Positions 10,626-21,749 of a stretch of 64,000 nucleotides of DNA are shown piece by piece (the first letter of the stretch is position 1; every line of letters begins with the position of its first letter). Origin of the DNA: Alphaproteobacteria bacterium (GTDB lineage Bacteria; Pseudomonadota; Alphaproteobacteria; Rickettsiales; UBA3002). The stretch spans positions 3,101-67,100 of the forward strand of contig JBBCHK010000010.1 in the NCBI GenBank assembly GCA_037200745.1, given 5' to 3'. The notes below the pieces were generated by a model that saw only the letters and a list, made by a program, of their open reading frames with translations, ran no database searches and was not told the DNA's origin. Made by a program: the position numbers and the translations under genes.

Positions 10626-10950
10626 TTACTCATGCGATTTCCTCTTTTTGCCAGCGGCTAACTTTTTGCTTTCTTTTTTAAGAGGGCGACTCACTGGACA
10701 GAAATCGGCCAGAAAATCATACATATTGGTTATAAGATTCTCACGTACTAAACTATAATGGACATACTGCCCCCTTTTTCTCTGAAGTAATCAGCCCCGC
10801 ATTTGTCAGTACTTCCAAATGTTTTGAAATAGTTGGTTTTGCCATATCAAAACGCTTGGCAATTTCTCCCGCATTGAGGCTGGTTTTAGACAAGTAGGCC
10901 AAAATTTGTCTACGTGTAGACGACGACAAAGCTTGAAAAATCTTTTCCAT
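10626..10950 (-). pseudogene. ArsR/SmtB family transcriptional regulator, 1 frameshift
   Basis: MEKIFQALSSSTRRQILAYLS..AGEIAKRFDMAKPTISKHLEVLTNAGLITSEKKG. Removing 1 nt from the C5 run at 10770-10774 continues as QYVHYSLVRENL...KRKSHE to a stop at 10626-10628. Confidence 0.75.
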
Positions 10951-11187
10951 TTAGAAATCCATATAATTAGCTAATTTACTAATTATATACATACCTAACG
11001 ATAATTGCAAGAATCAAAATATTCCATTGTCATCCATATTGGGACCTGCATAATAGTCTGCGGGTTATGTCGAAAATCGTTAATTATCCCCCGCCACTTT
11101 CCCGGGAGCGACTTGATTTGGCTTTATAAGTTGCCATGCGCGTTATATAAGCCGGCGGAGCATGCTCATTCCAATCAGGGGGATACC

Positions 11188-12299
11188 ATGGCGAAAGTGA
11201 CCGGTCTGTCGGGGAACGAAATCTATTGCATGGCGCTGAAGAATTATACGGCCGGGGAGTTGGTCGTCGGCAACAGCGTCAATTCCATGGGCTTCCTCGG
11301 CGGTTTGGGAGCCATGGGGAAAAATATTGCGGGCGGCGAAATAAAGCAGGTCACCGAGGCCATCGAAGAAGGCCGCCTCAAGGCGTTCGGCCGCATGGTG
11401 GAAGAGGCCAAGCGGGACGGCGCGACCGGCGTCACCGGGGTCACCTCCGAGCTCAAGGATTTCGCCGGCAATACGGAGTTCCTGTTCGTCGGCTCCTGCC
11501 TGCATGGAGGATCGGGTGGCTTTTTCACCAGCGCCGGCAACGCGCAGGAGCTTTACTGCCACATGGACGCCGGCTACGAGCCCGTCCAGCACGTGTTCGG
11601 CAACATCGCCTACGCGATGGGGCTCGGTGGCGGGCTGAAGGGCGCCTTCAAGGCCATGGGGCGCGGCGAGATCAAGGAATACAGCGACGTATTCAACGCC
11701 ACCCGCCACGCGGCGCTGGAGCGCATCGTCGCCCAGGCGAAGGACTGCAAGGCGAATGCCGTCGTCGGCATCCGCACCAAGATCATGTACTGGCACGGCA
11801 CGCACGAGATGCTGATGACGGGCACCGCCACCCGCAACGCCGCGTTGCCGGTCCAGGCCAGCAACGCCCCCCGTCACCAGCGACCTGACGGGCGAAGAGC
11901 TCTGGGCGATGACGACGCTGGGCTACACGCCCGTTTAAATTACTCATTTCCGCTTCCATCTATTCCCTCGGCATGGCCGGCGGGTTCAAGGCCGCCTTCA
12001 AGGCCTTCACCAAAGGAGAGATCAGCGACCTCACGACGCTGATCCACGACGCGCGCGAAGTGGCCATCGGCCGCCTGAAGAGCGAGGCGGATGCGCTGGG
12101 CGCCGACGAGGTGGTCGGCGTCAAGACCTACATCGTCGAAGTGGGGAACCTCGTCGAGTTCCTCGCCATCGGCACGGCGGTGAAGAAAACGTCGGGCGTG
12201 GCGGTGAAGACGCCGGTCCTGCCGGCGCACGCGATCGCCCCGGACAAGGACACCTGGATCGAAGGCGCCTTCGGCTTCTCGCTCGACCGCGAGCCGTAG
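11188..12299 (+). pseudogene. Three-domain YbjQ/UPF0145 (heavy-metal-binding-like) protein, 2 frameshifts
   Basis: Three tandem YbjQ-like modules; the last reads GEISDLTTLIHDAREVAIGRLKSEADALGADEVVGVKTYIVEVG..FLAIGTAVK. The frame changes are at the C6 run 11867-11872 and the T3 run 11934-11936. Confidence 0.7.
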
Positions 12300-12305
12300 G
12301 CAGCG

Positions 12306-13429
12306 TCAGTTCTGGAAGATCAGTAGCAGGAAGGCGGCGAACAGGATCAGGTGCACCGCGCCCTGCAGCACGTTGGTGCGGCCGCTGGCGAAGGTGACAA
12401 TGCTCACGGTGAGCGTCAGCAGCAGCATGACGATATCGGTGTTCTGCAGCCCGAGGACGATGCTGCGCCCGGTGACGTAGCAGATCGCCAGCACGGCGGG
12501 CACCGTGAGGCCGATCGTCGACAGCACGGAGCCCAGGAATATGTTCACCGAGCGCTGCAGGTGGTTGGCGCGCGCGGCGCGCACGGCACCGATGGCCTCC
12601 GGCGTCGCCACCATCAGCGCGACGATCATGCCGCCGAGCTTGGCCGGCGCGTGCAGCGTGTCGATCAGGTAGTCGATCGGCTGCGCCAGCCGCTCGGCGA
12701 GATAGACGACCGGCACCATGTAGACCACGAGCAGCGCCGCATGGTAGCGCGACGAATGCGCGGCGGGGCCGTCATGCTCCGCCGCCGCATCGTCGCCGAG
12801 GACGAAATACCCGCGGTGCCGGCTGGTCTGGATCGCCAGGAACGCGCCGTAGAGGCAGATCGACATGCCGATCAGGAACGCCCCCCTGCGCGGCCGAGAC
12901 GGTGGGGCCGGGCGTGCTCAGCGTGAAGGTGGGAAGGATCAGGCTGAGCACCGTCAGCGGGATGATGACGCCGAGATACGCATGCGCGCCCCTGCAGGTT
13001 GTAATACTGCTCGCGGTGCTTCCACGCGCCGATCAGCAGCGACAGCCCGACCATGCCGTTCAGGATGATCATCACCACGGAGACCAGCGTGTCGCGGGCG
13101 AAGGTGGGGTTGTTGCCGTGCATCATCACTGCGGCGATGCTCATGACTTCGATCGAGGTCACCGAGAGCGTCAGGATCAGCGTGCCGTAGGGCTCGCCGA
13201 GGCGGGCGGCCACGCGGTCGGCATGGCGGACGACGCAGAACGCCGAGCCGAGCACGGCGGCGAACAGCCAGGCGAAGACGAGCGCCAGCCAGAGCGGGTT
13301 CGCCAGCCCGGCGAACAGCGCGTCGCCGCGCAGGAGGAACACCAGGCTGGTCGCCACGCTCACGCCGAGGAGCCATTCCTTCCGGAGGAACGCGAGGGCG
13401 GGGTGGTTCGGTCGGGCCGCTTGGGTCAT
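12306..13429 (-). pseudogene. chaA: Ca2+/H+ antiporter (CaCA/ChaA family), 2 frameshifts
   Basis: Two alpha-repeat halves (GEPYGTLILTLSVTSIEVM and GGMIVALMVATPEAIGAVRAA). The breaks are at C4 12989-12992 and C6 12881-12886; removing 1 nt from each gives a continuous protein. Confidence 0.8.
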
Positions 13430-13465
13430 GACAGGTGCTGTGCCGTTCTGTGAAGGGAACTGTAC

Positions 13466-14044
13466 TCAGTCTTTCACCGGCACCGCGTGCACGTCAATGC
13501 GGATGCCGACCGCGTCGGCGACGGTGCCCGTATCGGCCCAGCCGACCTTATAGGCGGCGCGCGAGAGCTTGAGCTCGCTGATCGCCCGCTGCCCGTCGAG
13601 CGTGACGGAGAAAGCGAGCGTCACCGGCTGCTTGACGCCTTTCAGGGTGAGCGTGCCGGTGGTCTCGTATACGTCGAGCTTGTCGGAGCCGAAATATTTG
13701 CAGCCATGCGCCTCGAACGTCGCCTGCGGGAAATGCGCGATGTCGAACCAGTCGGCGGTCTTCAGGTTGTCGGCGGCGTTCTCGCTGTCCGACGCCACGG
13801 AAGCGAGGTCGATCGTCGCGGTGGCGGAGCAATCGCCCGGCTTCGCCGGGTCGAGCCGCGCCTCGCCGCTGAAGCGCATGAAATGCCCGTGGACGGCGAC
13901 GTTGTTCTCCGTCGCGGTGAATTCGAGCGTGCTTTGCGGCGCGCTAAAGGTGAAATGCTTCGGCAGCGGCGTGCGGAAACCGGGCGCCGCTGCGAATGCG
14001 ACGACCGGGGCGAGCAGCGCCAGCCATGCGATCCGCCTCACCAT
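13466..14044 (-). CDS. YceI family periplasmic protein
   Basis: Signal peptide plus YceI-like beta-barrel sequence (LEFTATENNVAVHGHF..TGTLTLKGVKQPVTL). Overlaps the cytochrome b561 gene by 7 nt. Confidence 0.85.
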   Translation of the reverse strand: MVRRIAWLALLAPVVAFAAAPGFRTPLPKHFTFSAPQSTLEFTATENNVAVHGHFMRFSGEARLDPAKPGDCSATATIDLASVASDSENAADNLKTADWFDIAHFPQATFEAHGCKYFGSDKLDVYETTGTLTLKGVKQPVTLAFSVTLDGQRAISELKLSRAAYKVGWADTGTVADAVGIRIDVHAVPVKD

Positions 14045-14580
14045 GGCAGCATCCGCGTCAGCACCGTGTCGCGGCGGATGAGGTGGTGGTAGAAGGCGGC
14101 GAGCGCGTGCAGGCTGATGAGGCCGATCAGCAGGTAGGCGCCGCGATTATGCAGCATGGTGAAGAGCTGCGCCTGCTCCTTATTCGCCGCCACGAGATTG
14201 GGCAGCGTCACCAGCCCGAAGACCGAGACCGGGTAGCCGGCGGCGGAGGACAGCGCCCAGCCGAGCAGCGGCATGGCGAACAGCATGAAGTACAGCGCGA
14301 AGTGGCTGGCATGCGCGCCGAGGCGTTCCCACGACGGCATGCCTGCCGGCAGCGCGGGCACGGGATTCGCCTGCCGCCACAGGAAGCGCAGCGCGACAAC
14401 GACGAGGATGCAGGCGCCGATGGATTTATGCAGGCCGATGTCGGTGAGCTTGGCCGGGCCGTTCGGCAGGTCCATCATGGTCAGGCCGAGGGTGAGCATG
14501 AAGATCACCGCGCCGGCGATGAGCCAGTGGAAGAAGCGGGCGAGGATGCCGTAATTGTTCTGCGTGTTACGCCAGCACAT
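14038..14580 (-). CDS. Cytochrome b561 family protein
   Basis: Four TM helices with conserved His residues (FFHWLIAG, GLHKSIG, HFALYFMLFAMPLLGW, HALAAFYHH). Forms the typical operon with yceI. Confidence 0.85.
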   Translation of the reverse strand: MCWRNTQNNYGILARFFHWLIAGAVIFMLTLGLTMMDLPNGPAKLTDIGLHKSIGACILVVVALRFLWRQANPVPALPAGMPSWERLGAHASHFALYFMLFAMPLLGWALSSAAGYPVSVFGLVTLPNLVAANKEQAQLFTMLHNRGAYLLIGLISLHALAAFYHHLIRRDTVLTRMLPW

Positions 14581-14597
14581 GGAGCCTCCTTGCGGAG

Positions 14598-16065
14598 TTA
14601 GCGATGGTAGCGCGAATCCGGCAGGGTGCCCGGGTTCGGGCTGAAGGGGTTGGCGGCGATGCCGAGATCGCCCGAGAGCGTGCAGCGCAGCTTCCCGCCG
14701 GCGATGGTCGAGCAGAGGTTATGCACGAACTCCGGCCGCGCGAAGGGACCGACGCGCAGCGCCACCTGCGAATTGCCGCGCTGCTGCGCCATGTACGGCG
14801 CGGCGACGCGCACGCGCACGACCGGGAAATCCGGGTGCGCCTGGCGGTAGCTTTCCCCAATAGGCGAGCGCGCTCTGCGCGTCGGGGAACATGCCGACCT
14901 GCGCCCACAGCGTCTTCTGGCCGAGCGTCGAGCTCGGGTAGAGCGACACGGCCTGCTGCGTCGTCGGCAGCGAGGTCGGCGCCGGAACGGAGGCGACCAT
15001 CGTCGGCACCGTCGGCTGCGGGTTCTGCTGGCTCAGCGGCACGCGCTGCGCCTCGCCGACGCGCACGTTGCCCGGCGCGGGCTGCAGCACGACCGGCGCC
15101 GGCGACGGAATGGTGCCGACGGATTGCGGCGCGGGCGCCGGCGCCATCGGCGCCGATTCACTGCGCAGCGGCGGCGGTGGCGGCGGCAGATGCATCATCG
15201 AGGGCGGGACGTCGGCGGCGGCCATTTCCTGCGGCGCGGGCGGCGGCGAAGCCACCGGCGCGGCATTGACGACCAGCGGGGTCGTCGGCGGCAGCGCGGC
15301 CGGCGACGGCGGCGGGGCATTGTCGGTCAGCGACGAGAGCGGTGGAAGCGCCGCCGGGGTCGGCGGCGGCGGCGTCACCGTCGCGGTGGCGACTTCCTCG
15401 ACCGGCGCGCTCGCCGGGGCGGCGGCAACGGCCGGCGGAGCAGCGGCGGGCGCCTCGCTGAACGGATTCATGTGCCACCAGATCGACTTGCGCGTCGACG
15501 GCTGCGCCGGTTGCGCGCTGGCGATCGCCTGCTGCTGCGCCTGCTGGTTGGCGGCGGCGGCGGAAAGCTCGTCCTCCATCGGCTGCGCGGAAGCGGTCGG
15601 CGGCAGGCTGGTCGGCGCGCCGGGCGGGGCCGGCGGCATGTCCTGTGCGGTGAGCGGCGCCGGCTGGGCGTTCGCCGCGACCTGCGGCGCAGGCGCGGTG
15701 GGCGCGTTCACCTGCTGGGTGCCGGTGGGCTCGCCCTGGGCGACCATGGCGGTCTCGACGACGTAGCACTCGTCGCCGCTGGCAGCGAAGGAGGAGCAGA
15801 CCTGCTGCGCCTGCGCACGCGACGCGACCGGCCCGGCCTGCGTGCGGTAGACGGTGAGGTTGTCCGGCGGCAGCGAGATGGTGCGGATCGAGGTCGGCAG
15901 ACCGCCGATCAGGTCGGCGTGCTTGCCCTTGAGCTCGCCAAGGTGCGACTGCGCCTCGGCCTGGCTCTCGAAGGAGCCGAACTGCAGCATGAAGACGGCG
16001 TCGGCGAAAGCGTTCGAAGCCAGCAGGGAACCGGCGGCGAAGGCGAGGAAAAGGCGTTTTTTCAC
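14598..16065 (-). pseudogene. SPOR-domain protein with long Pro/Ala-rich linker, 1 frameshift near the 3' end
   Basis: GTG start at 16065 with AGGAG RBS and a signal peptide. The N-terminal SPOR domain reads FMLQFGSFESQAEAQSHLGELK. The C-terminal SPOR domain is restored by removing 1 nt from the C4 run 14855-14858 (YWESYRQAHPDFPVVRVRVAAPYMAQQRGNS). Confidence 0.7.
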
Positions 16066-16253
16066 GTGTTCTCCTATTTCGGGCGCCTGGCACACCATCC
16101 ATGCGCGACCGGCAATTTAACGAGTCTGTAAGCGAATCGCCGGATGCAGGCAAGCGGTTTTTGCCATTGCCGCACAGAGGATTATCGGCACAAACCCGCC
16201 GGGGAATCCCGATTTTTCTTTCCTTCGCGCGACGGCGCCGCTAGCAGGGAGCG

Positions 16254-17833
16254 ATGAGCTCACCCGCCCTGACCGCCAAGGCCTGGCCGTTCGAGGAAGC
16301 CCGCGCCCTGCTCGCCCGCATCGAGCGCGCGACGCGGCCGAAGGACGCGGTGCTGTTCGAGACCGGCTACGGCCCCTCCGGCCTGCCGCATATCGGCACG
16401 TTCGGCGAGGTGGCGCGCACGAGCATGGTGCGCCGCGCCTTCGCGGAGATCTCGGATATCAAAACGCGGCTCATCTGCTTCTCGGACGATATGGACGGGC
16501 TGCGCAAAGTCCCGGAGAACCTCCCCAACGCCGCGATGATCGCAGAAAATATCGGCAAGCCGCTGACCTCGATCCCCGACCCGTTCGGCACGCATGCGAG
16601 CTTCGGCGACCACATGAACGCGCGGCTCAAATCCTTCCTCGACGCGTTCAACTTCGACTACGAATTCAAATCCTCGACCGCCACTTATAAAAGCGGCGAG
16701 TTCGACGCGGCGCTGCTGCGCATCCTGAAAGAATACGACAAGGTGATGGAAGTGATGCTGCCGACCCTCGGCGAGGAGCGCCAGCAGACCTATTCGCCGT
16801 TCCTGCCGGTCTCGCCGCGCTCGGGGAAAGTGCTGCTCGCCAGGGTCACCGCCCGCGACGTCGAAAAGGGCACGATCACTTACGTCGAGGAGGACGGCTC
16901 AGAAGAGATCGTCCCCGTCACCGGCGGGCACTGCAAGCTGCAATGGAAGCCCGACATGGGGATGCGCTGGGCGGCGCTGGGCGTCGATTACGAGATGTAC
17001 GGCAAGGACCACCTCGCCAGCGCGCCGCTTTACGATGCGATCTGCAAAATCGCCGGCGGCACGCCGCCGCAGCAATTCATGTTCGAGCTGTTCCTTGACG
17101 AGAAGGGCCAGAAGATTTCGAAATCGAAAGGCAACGGCATCACCATCGACGAATGGCTGGCCTATGCGCCGCCGGAGTCCTCGCCCTCTACATGTTCAAC
17201 CTCGCCGCGCAAGGCGAAGAAGCTCTATTTCGACGTCATCTCCCCAGCAAGGTGGATGATTACCTGACGCATCTGGAGAAATACGCCGCCGCCGCCGACG
17301 CGGCGAAGCTCGACAATCCCGTCTGGCACATCCATGGCGGCCATCCGCCGAAGCCGGAAAGCCCGATCCGCTTCAGCCTGCTGCTCAACCTCGCCTCGGC
17401 CTGCAATGCCGAAAGCGCGCCGGTGCTCTGGGGTTTCCTCAAGCGCGAGCTGCCGGACGCGACGCCGCAGAACTCGCCGATGCTCGACAAGCTCTGCGGC
17501 TTCGCGGTGAAATATTACCACGACTTCGTCAAGCCGGCGAAACGCTTCCGCCTCGCCACCGATAATGAGCGCGCCGCGCTTGCCGTGCTGCGCGACTACC
17601 TCGCCGCGCTCGGACCGCGCTGCCGCCGTCCGAGGACATCCAGACCAAAATTTACGACATCGGCCTCACCCCATTACGGCAAGGAGACCATGCGCGACTG
17701 GTTCAAGGCGATGTACGAATTGCTGCTCGGCTCGACGCAGGGCCCGCGCATGGGAAGCTTCATCGCGCTGTTCGGGGCGAAAGAGACCATCACCCTCATT
17801 GACACCGCGCTGGCGCGGCGCGAAGCGGCCTAA
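16254..17833 (+). pseudogene. lysK: Lysine--tRNA ligase, class I; about 5 frame changes at C runs
   Basis: HIGH-type motif [10 protein letters not shown] and KMSKS-type motif [10 protein letters not shown]. There are three frame switches within ~17175-17250 and two within ~17610-17680; each is repairable by 1 nt in a C run. Confidence 0.85.
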
Positions 17834-18647
17834 GGGGTCGGAGCGGGCTTCGCCCTGAGATTCAAGGCGGCGGCGAAGGCATCGACCGCGCGCGATACGT
17901 TGAGGTTCGTAAGGACGCCGTCGCCATGGTCGTTGCGTGTCATCGCCTTCGCCAGTTTTTTCCAGCACCTCGCGCTCGAGCCATAGTCCCCTGGTTGCCC
18001 TCGCTTCTCAATACACGCTCGTCACCGCCGACGATCCCGTGAGTATGAAGCGCTTTCACCTCTTCAAAGTTCAGGCCGACGGCATTCCCTGCCAGCAGGA
18101 AACCCTGATGGATGAATTTTCCCGGAATATCCATGGACGAGTAATGGACAAGGCGCGTCGCCGGCTCCTGCCGCGGCTGGGGACGATGGCCCAGGCTCCA
18201 GAACTTTCGCGCCGGAGCGGCAGGCGCCGCTTCCGGCTCGACCGCCTCTTCTTCGCTGTGACCGGCTGATAGGCCGTGATACGAATGCCGGTGGGGAGGA
18301 TCTGGGCACCCGGCGCCGCATTCGGTATCGGCACGGGCTCGAAATGTTGCTCGGGCACACCCTGGACCAGCTCGCCGGTCTCCTCGGTGAACTGCAGCTC
18401 CAGGCCATACCGGTCGTAAAGTCTTTGCTGAAAAAGCCGCAGCGGCTTCAGGTCCTCGCCTTCGAGGCTGTTCAGCTTCCTGGCGTCCGGCCCCGGAGCG
18501 ATTTTTGTGGTCCTGGGGCCGGGCCCATGCGGCATCCGAGACCTTATCGAGTTCCCGTAACTCGGCCGCCTGCTCGGCTTGCGACGGCTCGGTCTGCGCC
18601 AGTTCTCCTGCCGCAGGTTCAATGTCTTCAAGATTTCTGCTGACCAT
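17830..18647 (-). pseudogene. Disrupted gene of unknown function (pieces in all three minus-strand frames)
   Basis: The pieces are MVSRNLEDIEPAAGELAQTEPSQ.., ..LKPLRLFQQRLYDRYGLELQFTEETGELVQ.., ..HYSSMDIPGKFIHQGFLLAGNAVGLNFEEVK.. and ..LEKLAKAMTRNDHGDGVLTNLNVSRAVDAFAAALNLRAKPAPTP. No family recognised. Confidence 0.25.
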
Positions 18648-18731
18648 GCTAGTCTCGTATCCTGATGTTTGATTTACACTTGAATCTACAGTTCTTTAGG
18701 GTCGCCAATCGTGAAGATTACGTGAAGATGC

Positions 18732-19568
18732 ATGGGCCAGGAGCTAACTGAAATCCTTAGAGAATATGACGGATTCCTCGTCGACCTCTGGGCGTGGTGC
18801 ATGACGGCAGTGCGCTTTACCCCGGCGTCGCGGCGACCGTCGAATGGCTGCATGCGCAGGGCAGGCGCGTCGTTTTCCTCTCCAATGCCCCCCGTCCCGC
18901 TGCGCGTGCCGTCGAGGTATTGACGAAGCTCGGCATCGCGCGCGACCGCTACATCGACGTCGTCACCTCCGGGCAGGTCGCGCGCGACTGGCTGGGCTCC
19001 GGCGCGGCGCCGTTCGGCGGCGACTATTATTACCTCGGCCCCGGCAAGGACGAGGACGTCGGAGGTGGTATCGCCGGGCTGCGCCGGGCGGACATCGGTC
19101 GCGCGTCGTTCATCCTCTGCACCGGCTTCGAGTTCGACCTTCAGCCGCCGGAAGAGATCCAGCCGCTGCTGCACCAACTCGCCGCGCGCGGCCTGCCGAT
19201 GCTTTGCGTCAACCCGGACATCGAGGTGGTGAAGCAGGACGGCACCGCCATCCTCTGCGCCGGCGACGTCGCCCGCGCGCTACGCCGCGCTGGGCGGCGC
19301 GGTGACCTATGTCGGCAAGCCCTATCCCGCCGTCTACGCAACCTGCCGCGCACTGCTCGGCGATGGCAAACTCCTCGCCGTCGGCGACAACCCGGCCACC
19401 GACATCCGCGGCGCCAATGCCGCCGGCATCGATTCGCTGCTGATCGGCGGCGGGATACTCAAGGTATCGTTAGGGCATGTCCCCGGCGAAGAAGAGGCGC
19501 GCGGGCTTTGCCTCGCCGCCGGCGCCGATCCGACCTACGTGCTAGCGTCCTTCGCCCTCGGCGAGTAG
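18732..19568 (+). pseudogene. HAD-IIA family hydrolase (TIGR01459-like), 2 frameshifts
   Basis: YDGFLVDLWG|VVHDGSALYPG...FLSNAPR...CVNPD...YVGKPYPAVY...AVGDNPATDIRGANAAGIDSLLI. The first break is a G-run undercall near 18789. Confidence 0.75.
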
Positions 19569-20104
19569 CGCCTCGACGCGGCCGCGCATATTCGGCTGCA
19601 TCCAGTCCGTCGCGCCCTCGTAGACGGAGCGCATGCGGCCCGTGCGGTCGATGAGGTAGCTCACCGGCACCCCGTCGCCGATCAGCCGGCGCGCGAAAAC
19701 GCCGCTGCTGTCCTGCGCGAGGTAGGGCAACCGCCAGCCCGTTCTGCGTGGCGAACTTGCGCAAACTATCGGGATCCACCCGGTCGACGGCGATGGGAAT
19801 TGACGACCAGCCCCCTGCCCGCATCGGCGGTCTCGAGCGCGTCGAGCGTCGGCAGCTCCTTGCGGCAGGGGCCGCACCACGTCGCCCACAGGTTCAGCAG
19901 CACCACCTTGCCCTTGAAATCCGCCAGATGCGCCGGCTTGCCGTTGAGGAGGAATTCCGCGTCCGGCGGCGACGGGTCGGTGGCGTCCGCCCATTGGTAA
20001 AGCGCCGGCGAGGCGGCGGCCTGCGTGGAAAGGATTGCAGCCAGCGCGAGAGGAATGATATGTCGGAGGGCAACGCACGCAAGGACCCTAGCATGGCCGG
20101 CCAA
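19542..20104 (-). pseudogene. TlpA-family thiol:disulfide oxidoreductase (thioredoxin fold), 2 frameshifts
   Basis: [22 protein letters not shown] active site. The remainder ([21 protein letters not shown] / PYLAQDSSGVFARRLIGDGVPVSYLIDRTGRM) lies in the two other frames. Confidence 0.7.
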
Positions 20105-20139
20105 AAGAAATCCAGCGTAAGGAAGCCGCCGCCAACCCG

Positions 20140-21508
20140 ATGTGGGGCGGCCACTACGCGCGCGGGCCGGAGGAGGCCTTCGCCGCCATCAACCCGTCGA
20201 TCGACATCGACCGCCGCCTCTGGCGGGAAGACATCGCCGCCTCGCAGGCGCATGCGCGCATGCTGGGCAAATGCGGCATCCTGAGCGCGAGGGACGCGAA
20301 AGCCATCGCGCGCGGGCTGGACGAGATCGCCCGCGAGATCGAAGCGGGGAAATTCACCTTCACCGCCGCGCTCGAAGACATCCACATGAACATCGAAGCG
20401 CGGCTGAAGGAGAAGATCGGCGAGGCCGCCGGCCGCCTGCACACCGCGCGCTCGCGCAACGACCAGGTGGCGACCGATTTGCGGCTTTACGCGCGCGCTG
20501 CGTTGCAGCATTGCGATACCGCGCTGCAGCAATTGCAGGCAGCGCTGATCCACCAGGCGCAAAAAAAATACCGAGACCATCCTGCCGCGGCTGACGCACC
20601 TGCAGCCGGCGCAGCCGATCAGCTTCGCGCATCACCTGCTCGCCTATGTCGAGATGTTCGGCCGCGACCGCGCGCGCCTCGCCGATGCATCGCAGCGCCT
20701 CAACGAATCGCCGCTGGGCGCCGCCGCGCTCGCCGGCACCACTTACCCGATCGACCGCAGCATGACCGCGAGTGAGCTCGGCTTCGCGCGGCCGATGGCC
20801 AACTCGCTCGACGCGGTGGCCAGCCGCGATTACCTGCTCGAAATCCTCTCCGGCTTCTCCATCCTGGCGACGCACCTGTCGCGCCTCGCGGAGGAGCTGG
20901 TGCTATGGTCCTCGCCGCTGATCGGCTTCGTGCATTTGCCCGAAGGCTTCACCAGCGGCTCCTCGATCATGCCGCAGAAACGCAACCCCGACGCCGCCGA
21001 GCTCATCCGCGGCAAAACGGGCGGCATCACCGGCGCGCTCGTCGCCCTCACGACGATGCTCAAATCCCTGCCGCTCGCCTACAACAAGGACATGCAGGAG
21101 GACAAGCGCCACTTCTTCTTCGCGCTCGACGAGGTGCTGCTCTGCCTCCCCGCGATGGAAGGCATGATCGCCGGCATGACGGCCGACAAAAAACGCATGC
21201 GCGATGCCTGCACGCGCGGCTACCTCAACGCCACCGACCTCGCCGACTGGCTGGTGCAGCAACTCGGCATCGGCTTCCGCGACGCGCACGCGCTGACCGG
21301 CCGCCTCGTGCGCAAGGCCGAGGTAAAAGGCTGCATGCTGGAAGCGCTGAGCCTCGCCGAAATGCGCGAGATCCACCCGCGCATCACGAAGGACATATTC
21401 GCCGCGCTGAAGCCGGAGGCCTGCGTCGCGCGTCGGCTGAGCTTCGGCGGCACCGCGCCCTCACGCGTGCGCGAGGCCATCGCGGCGGCGAAGAAAGCCT
21501 ATTTGTGA
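20140..21508 (+). pseudogene. argH: Argininosuccinate lyase, 1 frameshift in an A8 run
   Basis: MWGGHYA...[17 protein letters not shown]...GSSIMPQKRNPD. The A8 run at 20561-20568 read as A7 gives [27 protein letters not shown]. Confidence 0.9.
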
Positions 21509-21747
21509 CACGCGCGGCGCTCATCCTGCTTGCTGCGCTGCTGGCCGCCAGCGCCTGCGGCGTGCAGCGCCCGCTGATCCAGCCGTCGCAGGTGCCGGAA
21601 TACGAGGCGCGCCGCGCCAAGCGGCTGCAGCAGATGCAGGACGACACCATCCCGCTGCCGCCGGATGTTTCCGTCGCGCCGCAGCGACCGCCGGTGACCA
21701 CCAACGTCGCGCCGGAGCCCGCCGCGCCGCAGGATACCGGCGACTAG
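21505..21747 (+). CDS. Small lipoprotein (LptM/YifL-like by position between argH and lysA)
   Basis: GTG start overlaps the argH stop (GTGA). Lipobox LLAASAC followed by a Pro-rich tail. Confidence 0.5.
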   Translation: MTRAALILLAALLAASACGVQRPLIQPSQVPEYEARRAKRLQQMQDDTIPLPPDVSVAPQRPPVTTNVAPEPAAPQDTGD

Positions 21748-21749
21748 CG

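Larger units (their letters stand above)
5361..11187. mobile_element. Low-GC genomic island abutting the tRNA-Ser 3' end (no integrase or att repeat found)
   Basis: Composition drops to roughly 40-53% G+C (hand counts of sampled lines) starting 1 nt after the tRNA CCA and returns to the host level at the ybjQ start. The cargo is regulator/oxidoreductase pairs plus a desaturase module. Confidence 0.5.

Noticed and set aside
16254-17833. Class I lysyl-tRNA synthetase as a novelty.
   Set aside because: Class I LysRS is well known in many alphaproteobacteria and archaea. Only its broken frame is noteworthy, and that is covered under the indel finding.
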